Shown here piece after piece: positions 59,001 to 64,000 of a DNA stretch of 64,000 nucleotides (its first letter is position 1; each line of letters starts with the position of its first letter). The notes beneath the pieces were generated by a model. That model searched no databases. It saw only the letters and a list, made by a program, of their open reading frames with translations, and had not been told where the DNA came from. Source of the DNA: Longimicrobiales bacterium (GTDB taxonomy: Bacteria; Gemmatimonadota; Gemmatimonadetes; Longimicrobiales; Gaopeijiaceae); assembly GCA_965226375.1 (NCBI GenBank), contig CBDDCX010000006.1, positions 544,001 to 608,000 on the forward strand, in the 5' to 3' direction. Made by a program: the position numbers and the translations under genes.

Positions 59001-60699
59001 GAACCGCGCGTCCCGCCCGAGCCCCAGTCTGCTCACCCTCCCTGAGGGTGACCTGCCCGTTGACGACCACGAGTGGAATACCGACGGGGTACTGATGCGG
59101 TGCATCGAAGGTTGCTCCGTCCGCGACCTCTGTGGGGTCGAACGCAACGAGGTCCGCAAAGGCACCGATTCGGATGACGCCCCGGCCATCCAGACCGAGC
59201 TTGATAGCGGGCATGGAGGTGATCTTTTTCACCGCGAGCTCGAGCGACAGAGCCCCCACGTCCCGCACATAGTGCCCTATGAGCCGCGGGAACGTCCCGT
59301 AGGCCCTTGGGTGCGGAGAGCTACCGGATAAGGGCCCATACGGCGCATAGTTGCCTCCGTCGGAGCACACCATTCCGAGGGGATGGGCCAGGATCTTCGC
59401 GGTGTTGTCCTCAGACATCCCGAAGCCGATCATGCCGACGCTGTTGTTCTCCTCCGTGATGAGGCGAACGGCCATCGCGAACGGTTCCTCTGAACGCTCC
59501 TCGGCCAGTTCGCCCAAGCGCCGCCCCCGGGCGTAGGCGTTGGCCTCCGTGCGAGTCGACGTGACCTGCACGGCGTCCCAAGATCCCAAGAGCGCGACCT
59601 TCGCACGTGAGAACTCCTCGATCGCGGGAAGCTCGGCCGGATCACGCAGACGCCTCAAGAACGCCGCAGTCCCACCGGCCCTGGCCCAGGTAGGGAAGAG
59701 ACTCGAGAGTCCGGTGCTGTATGCAACGTACGGATAACGATCGAAGTGCACGTCGACGCCGGCGGTCCGAGCCTCTTCGATGGCCCTCAGAGCCGCCTCG
59801 GCCTTCCAGTAGTTCCGCTCACCCTGAGCCTTCAAGTGAGAGACCTGGACAGGCACGCCTGCCATGCGACCGACGTGGATGGTCTCCTCGATGGCTGCGA
59901 GTAGCCGGTCGTCCTCGTTCCGCATATGCGACGCATAGGGGTATCCCGTCCCACTCAGGGCTCCGGCCAACTCCACGAGCTCGGCAGTGTCGGCGAACGA
60001 GCCCGGCGTGTACTCGAGCCCCGTCGAGAAACCCACCGCTCCCTGTTCGAGTGCAGCCTCTACGAGCCCTCGCATACGGCTCACCTCGAGGGCGGTCGCC
60101 GGGCGGTCCTCCGAGCCCACGACCAGCCCGCGCACCGTTCCGTGCCCGACCATGGTAGCCAGGTTGATCGTGGACGGGGTGCGGTCGAGACGATCCATGA
60201 AGCCACCGAGATCGCGAAAGTCGATATCGACGCCGTAACTCTCCCGATACCGCTCTCTCGTGGCCTGGAATCCGGCCTCGGACCATGGGCCTACCGAACT
60301 TCCGTCCTGACCCACGACCTCGAGCGTAACCCCCTGTCGAACGCGGCTCTCCGCCGCGGGGTTGACCAGGAGCGAAAGGTCGGCGTGCGAGTGTATGTCG
60401 ATGAAGCCAGGCGCGAGCGCCATGCCTGCCAGATCGATCTCCTCGGCCCCCGCTTCGGTGATTCGTCCGATCGCCGTGATGCGGTCCCCGGTAACCGCGA
60501 CATCCGCCTCGACGCCGGGCATGCCGGTCCCGTCAAAGACCGTCGCACGGCGTAGCACCAGGTCAGGGGGGCTTCCGCCGGTCGTCGACAGCGCTCCGAC
60601 GGGTCCCAAGCCGTCGACCGCCCCGAGCGCGTCGACAGCCCCGAGCGCACCCACGGCACCCAGCGCCCCGCCCGCCCGGAGAAACGCTCGGCGCCTCAT
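58987..60699 (-). CDS. N-acyl-D-amino-acid deacylase family amidohydrolase with Tat signal
   Basis: MRRRAFL Tat motif, PGFIDIHSHAD, GFSTGLEY.PG, SHMRNE, SHLK, CSDG, PHPRAYGTFPR. Confidence 0.88.
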   Translation of the reverse strand: MRRRAFLRAGGALGAVGALGAVDALGAVDGLGPVGALSTTGGSPPDLVLRRATVFDGTGMPGVEADVAVTGDRITAIGRITEAGAEEIDLAGMALAPGFIDIHSHADLSLLVNPAAESRVRQGVTLEVVGQDGSSVGPWSEAGFQATRERYRESYGVDIDFRDLGGFMDRLDRTPSTINLATMVGHGTVRGLVVGSEDRPATALEVSRMRGLVEAALEQGAVGFSTGLEYTPGSFADTAELVELAGALSGTGYPYASHMRNEDDRLLAAIEETIHVGRMAGVPVQVSHLKAQGERNYWKAEAALRAIEEARTAGVDVHFDRYPYVAYSTGLSSLFPTWARAGGTAAFLRRLRDPAELPAIEEFSRAKVALLGSWDAVQVTSTRTEANAYARGRRLGELAEERSEEPFAMAVRLITEENNSVGMIGFGMSEDNTAKILAHPLGMVCSDGGNYAPYGPLSGSSPHPRAYGTFPRLIGHYVRDVGALSLELAVKKITSMPAIKLGLDGRGVIRIGAFADLVAFDPTEVADGATFDAPHQYPVGIPLVVVNGQVTLREGEQTGARAGRAVRGLQ

Positions 60700-60962
60700 A
60701 TGGACGATCCGCGACGGACCCGGCCGGGCTCCAAGCCGCCGAACGCGAGGATCTTCTCCTGCAGGCGCGCGGCCTCCCGATCTAAAAAGCTCTCGATTTC
60801 CATCAAGTGGTTCATCGCGTCCTCGTACTCGGCCTCCGGAAAGTCGTCCCCCTCGGCATGACAAAGCGCCCCTCGAAGGGCCTCGACCTCCCTCCGACTC
60901 TTCTCCACCGCACGCCGCAGTCGATTCAGCGCCCTACGGCCCTCGCTCTCGGCCGTGCTCAT
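60696..60962 (-). CDS. Small helical (coiled-coil-like) hypothetical protein
   Basis: 88-aa ORF from ATG 60962. Its stop overlaps the deacylase ATG (ATGA). Confidence 0.7.
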   Translation of the reverse strand: MSTAESEGRRALNRLRRAVEKSRREVEALRGALCHAEGDDFPEAEYEDAMNHLMEIESFLDREAARLQEKILAFGGLEPGRVRRGSSI

Positions 60963-61125
60963 CGGATGAAGAAAGCCATATTCAAGTACCGGCCTGGCGT
61001 TCGTGCTGCGGAGTGTGAAGCGGTCCACTCACATCGCGTGCGGTAAAAATGCCCGCTGGGCGCCCTTGGGAACAGAGGTCGCCCTCGGTAGGTTGGACGC
61101 TCCCATCGACATCGCATGAGACGAC

Positions 61126-62109
61126 ATGAGCAAGCATACAGACCTGGTCGTAGTCGGCGCCGGCCCATGTGGCATCGCCGTTGGCGCAGCGGCGGTCACG
61201 GGCGGCCTCGACGCTACGCTTTACGACAGGGGGTGCATCACCAATTCATTGGTGGATTACCCCTATTACATGACGTTTTTCAGCACGGCAGAGAAGCTCG
61301 AAGTCGGCGGCGTACCCTTTACCATCGCGGAGATGAAGCCGACTCGGCGCGAGGCGTTGGTCTACTACCGCCGTGTGGTGCAGCACTACGATCTGGATCT
61401 CCACCAGTATGAGGAGGTCACCGCCATCGAGGGTACGCAAGGCGACTTCACGGTACACACGCGAACGCGCACAGGTAAGGAAAGCTCGACCGGCGCCCGG
61501 GCCGTAGTCATCGCCACAGGGGGATTCCACGAGCCGAACTACCTGGGCGTGACCGGTGAGGACCTCCCTAAGGTCAAACACTACTACAAGGAGCCATACC
61601 CGTTCTACGACCAGGACGTGCTGGTGGTGGGTGGAGGCAACTCATCGGTCGAATCGGCACTGGAGACGTATCGGGCCGGCGCCCGTGTGACGATGGTGCA
61701 CTTTCTGGACAAGATCGACCGCGGGGTCAAGCCATGGGTTGTGCCCGACATCCAGAACCGTTTGGCGAACGGTGAGATCACGGTGTACTGGGAGCACCGG
61801 ATCGCGGAGGTCCGCCCTACCTCGGTGGTGCTCAGCCGAGAGGGTTCCGATGAGACCGTTGAGATTCCTAACGACTGGGTACTCGCCATGACCGGATGGC
61901 GTCCGAATCGGGGATTCCTGGCCGAACTGGGTGTGACCATCGACGAAGAAACGGGCATTCCCACGCATGATCTCGACACGATGGAGACCGATGTTCCCGG
62001 GATCTACGTAGCCGGGGTCCTGGCCGCCGGCTACAACGCCAACAAGATCTTCATCGAGAACGGAAAGCTACATGGGGCCAAGATCGTCCAGTCGCTCGGG
62101 AAGACCTGA
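61126..62109 (+). CDS. ypdA: YpdA-family flavin oxidoreductase (putative bacillithiol disulfide reductase)
   Basis: GAGPCG, YPYYMTFFSTAEKLE, KPTRREALVYY, HYYKEPYP, VKPWV.PDI.NR, IFIENGKLHG. Confidence 0.9.
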   Translation: MSKHTDLVVVGAGPCGIAVGAAAVTGGLDATLYDRGCITNSLVDYPYYMTFFSTAEKLEVGGVPFTIAEMKPTRREALVYYRRVVQHYDLDLHQYEEVTAIEGTQGDFTVHTRTRTGKESSTGARAVVIATGGFHEPNYLGVTGEDLPKVKHYYKEPYPFYDQDVLVVGGGNSSVESALETYRAGARVTMVHFLDKIDRGVKPWVVPDIQNRLANGEITVYWEHRIAEVRPTSVVLSREGSDETVEIPNDWVLAMTGWRPNRGFLAELGVTIDEETGIPTHDLDTMETDVPGIYVAGVLAAGYNANKIFIENGKLHGAKIVQSLGKT

Positions 62110-62152
62110 CCCACCACTTCCGCACCGCTCGGTTGCGGTCCAGCCACTGAGA

Positions 62153-62515
62153 TCAGCCGAAATCGGCCAGGTAGGCCTCGTCCCGCGCTACCGTCAGTAA
62201 CTTTCTCAGTCGCTCGGATTCCGCGGCCGCAACGGCTTTTCCCAAACGGGTGACCCGATAATATCGGCGCCGGTCGTCGTCCTCGTCCACCGGCGGACGC
62301 TCAGTCGTCTCTTCGATGAGACCAGACTTGAGCATCCGCGCAATCGTGTTGTAGAGCGACCCGGGAAGGAGCGCCCCCACCTGCCCCGTCTTGCGCTCGA
62401 ACTCCTGAATGATCGCGTACCCATGGAGAGGTCGATCTCCCAGGGCCAGTAAAATGTTGTAGACAGGTGGGCTGAGAGGAAGCAGCTCCTCGGCACTCGC
62501 GTTTTTCCCACTCAT
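62153..62515 (-). CDS. PadR-family transcriptional regulator
   Basis: ILLAL...HGYAI, PGSLY..I.RM, RRRYYRVT..G. Confidence 0.9.
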   Translation of the reverse strand: MSGKNASAEELLPLSPPVYNILLALGDRPLHGYAIIQEFERKTGQVGALLPGSLYNTIARMLKSGLIEETTERPPVDEDDDRRRYYRVTRLGKAVAAAESERLRKLLTVARDEAYLADFG

Positions 62516-62575
62516 ACTGTCATTCTCCCTCTCCGTCGGGGGCCGGTCAACCCATGTCACTTTGGTAGCCTCTAT

Positions 62576-64000
62576 TCACTCGGTCCGTAACGCCACGACC
62601 GGGTCCACCCGAGAGGCTCCAGCGGCCGGTACGTAACAGGCGAGGACGGCCACGATCCCCAGTCCGATCGCAGCCGCGACAAACGTCACCGGGTCCGTGG
62701 GCGCGACACCGAACAGGAGGGCCGAAACCGCACGGGACGCCAGGGCGGCCACCGCCAGCCCGATGCCGATCCCCATGAGCGTCAGGCCCAGGCCCTGTCC
62801 CACCACTAGCCGCAGGATGCCTTTTCTCTCAGCACCCATGGCAATCCGCACGCCGATCTCCCGACTCCTCTGTTGCACCGCCGTGGAGATGATGCCGTAC
62901 AGGCCGACAGCAGCCAACAGTAGCGCCACGATCGCAAAGAAGCTGGGCAAGATCATTGCAAACCTCGTGGGGGCCAACGCGTCGGCCACGTAGTCGTCCA
63001 TACGACGCACGTCGAAGGCCGGCACGCTGGGGTCGATCTCTGCCAAAGCGGCCCGCACCGCGGCGCCCACCCCTGCGGGATCGCCAGTCGTGCGCAAGAC
63101 CAGAGACGACTCGAACCAGGCATTCAGACGATAAGGCAAGTAGATCGTACCGATTCCGTCTTGGGTCAAATCTGTGTGGCGCACGTGCTCCACCACCCCG
63201 ATCACCTCGGCCCCGATACGCTCCGACAGTTGGTTGTCGGAGGGGACGACGATGTGGACACGCCTTCCTACGGGGTCGGCGCCTCCCCAGGCCGCCTGTG
63301 CAAAGACGTGATCCACGATGATGACGGGGGCAGCGTCGGGTTCGTTGCTGGCCCTATCGAACGTGCGGCCTAGAAGTGTGGTCGTCTTCATTGCCTCGAA
63401 GTAACCCGGCATCACGGGCCGGTAGTCGGCCCGGCTGGCCTCCCACTCCGCCTCATCCCCCTCCGAAAGCGCAAAGGGAGTTATCCAGGCCCCTCCCCGT
63501 CCGGAAAGGGGCAGCGCTGCGATGGCCCCAGCCGACTCGACCCCCGGAATGTCCGCAACAGCTTCCCCCAGCAAGGAGTGGAACGAGAGCCGCCGGTCGG
63601 CGTCACGGTACTGGAAGAACGGCAGCGAGACGTTGACCGTAACCACGTTGTCCGCATCGAAGCCCGGATCCACCCGTTGCAGGGTCAGAAAGCTCCGCGC
63701 CAATAACCCGGCGGCCACCACCAACACGACGGACAGCGCCACCTCGGCTACGATGAGGCCCGAGCGGAGGTTGGCGCGCTCCCTGCCACCACCCGACCCT
63801 CCCCTGCCGGAGAGCGCAGGGCGGGCGCGCGAGGTCCGAACCGCCGGAACCAGCCCGAAGACGATGGAAGCCAGCACCGTGACGCCCATGGTGAACATCA
63901 ACACGGTGCGATCGATTCCCACGTCGTCGACCCTCGGTAGATTGCCCGGCGTTAAAGTGAGGAGAGCTCCGATGCCCAGGTCCGCCACGATGAGACCCAA
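62576..64000 (-). CDS. Duplicated MacB/FtsX-type ABC permease (ADOP-like), 3' part only
   Basis: EVALSVVL...AGLL.RSF, DPGF, GLYGII...V.QR.REIGVRIAMGA, VDPVVALR. Typically paired with padR. Confidence 0.88.
   Translation of the reverse strand: MGLIVADLGIGALLTLTPGNLPRVDDVGIDRTVLMFTMGVTVLASIVFGLVPAVRTSRARPALSGRGGSGGGRERANLRSGLIVAEVALSVVLVVAAGLLARSFLTLQRVDPGFDADNVVTVNVSLPFFQYRDADRRLSFHSLLGEAVADIPGVESAGAIAALPLSGRGGAWITPFALSEGDEAEWEASRADYRPVMPGYFEAMKTTTLLGRTFDRASNEPDAAPVIIVDHVFAQAAWGGADPVGRRVHIVVPSDNQLSERIGAEVIGVVEHVRHTDLTQDGIGTIYLPYRLNAWFESSLVLRTTGDPAGVGAAVRAALAEIDPSVPAFDVRRMDDYVADALAPTRFAMILPSFFAIVALLLAAVGLYGIISTAVQQRSREIGVRIAMGAERKGILRLVVGQGLGLTLMGIGIGLAVAALASRAVSALLFGVAPTDPVTFVAAAIGLGIVAVLACYVPAAGASRVDPVVALRTE

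Noticed and set aside
128..63636. Numerous long antisense or alternative-frame ORFs (e.g. 128-937, 32108-33325, 45540-46817, 49521-50771)
   Set aside because: These are shadow ORFs expected in high-GC DNA. They overlap well-supported genes and carry no recognisable motifs.

Overview
This is a GC-rich bacterial chromosomal segment. Gene content and order suggest a Gemmatimonadota-like organism, which is an inference only. Most of the window is housekeeping and metabolism: a class-III aminotransferase with mmsA, pckA-maeB, a sigma-70 factor between two outer-membrane barrel genes, polA-ssb, a csp gene, a lytic transglycosylase, gcvH-gcvP-lipoyl ligase, an acyl-CoA dehydrogenase, tatA, trmJ, a diguanylate cyclase, a full alternative complex III operon (actABCDEF), MoxR-DUF58-transglutaminase, an ABC exporter, a luxE/luxC-like pair behind a Tat-signalled deacylase, ypdA, and padR with an ABC permease. 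The accessory part is 22.7-34.3 kb. There an opp/dpp peptide ABC operon is broken twice. oppF is split by a decayed IS3 element (5-bp TSD). oppB is split by a 3.13-kb IS1595-family composite made of two transposase-bearing copies, one partial copy and two 5' gene fragments (7-bp TSD). The three most notable signals are: (1) both IS1595 ends carry NrdR-box-like palindromes, (2) the IS1595 target site mimics the element's own terminal repeat, and (3) the luxCE-like module has no luxABD. The interior of the composite could be an assembly artefact. I saw no rRNA, tRNA or CRISPR.
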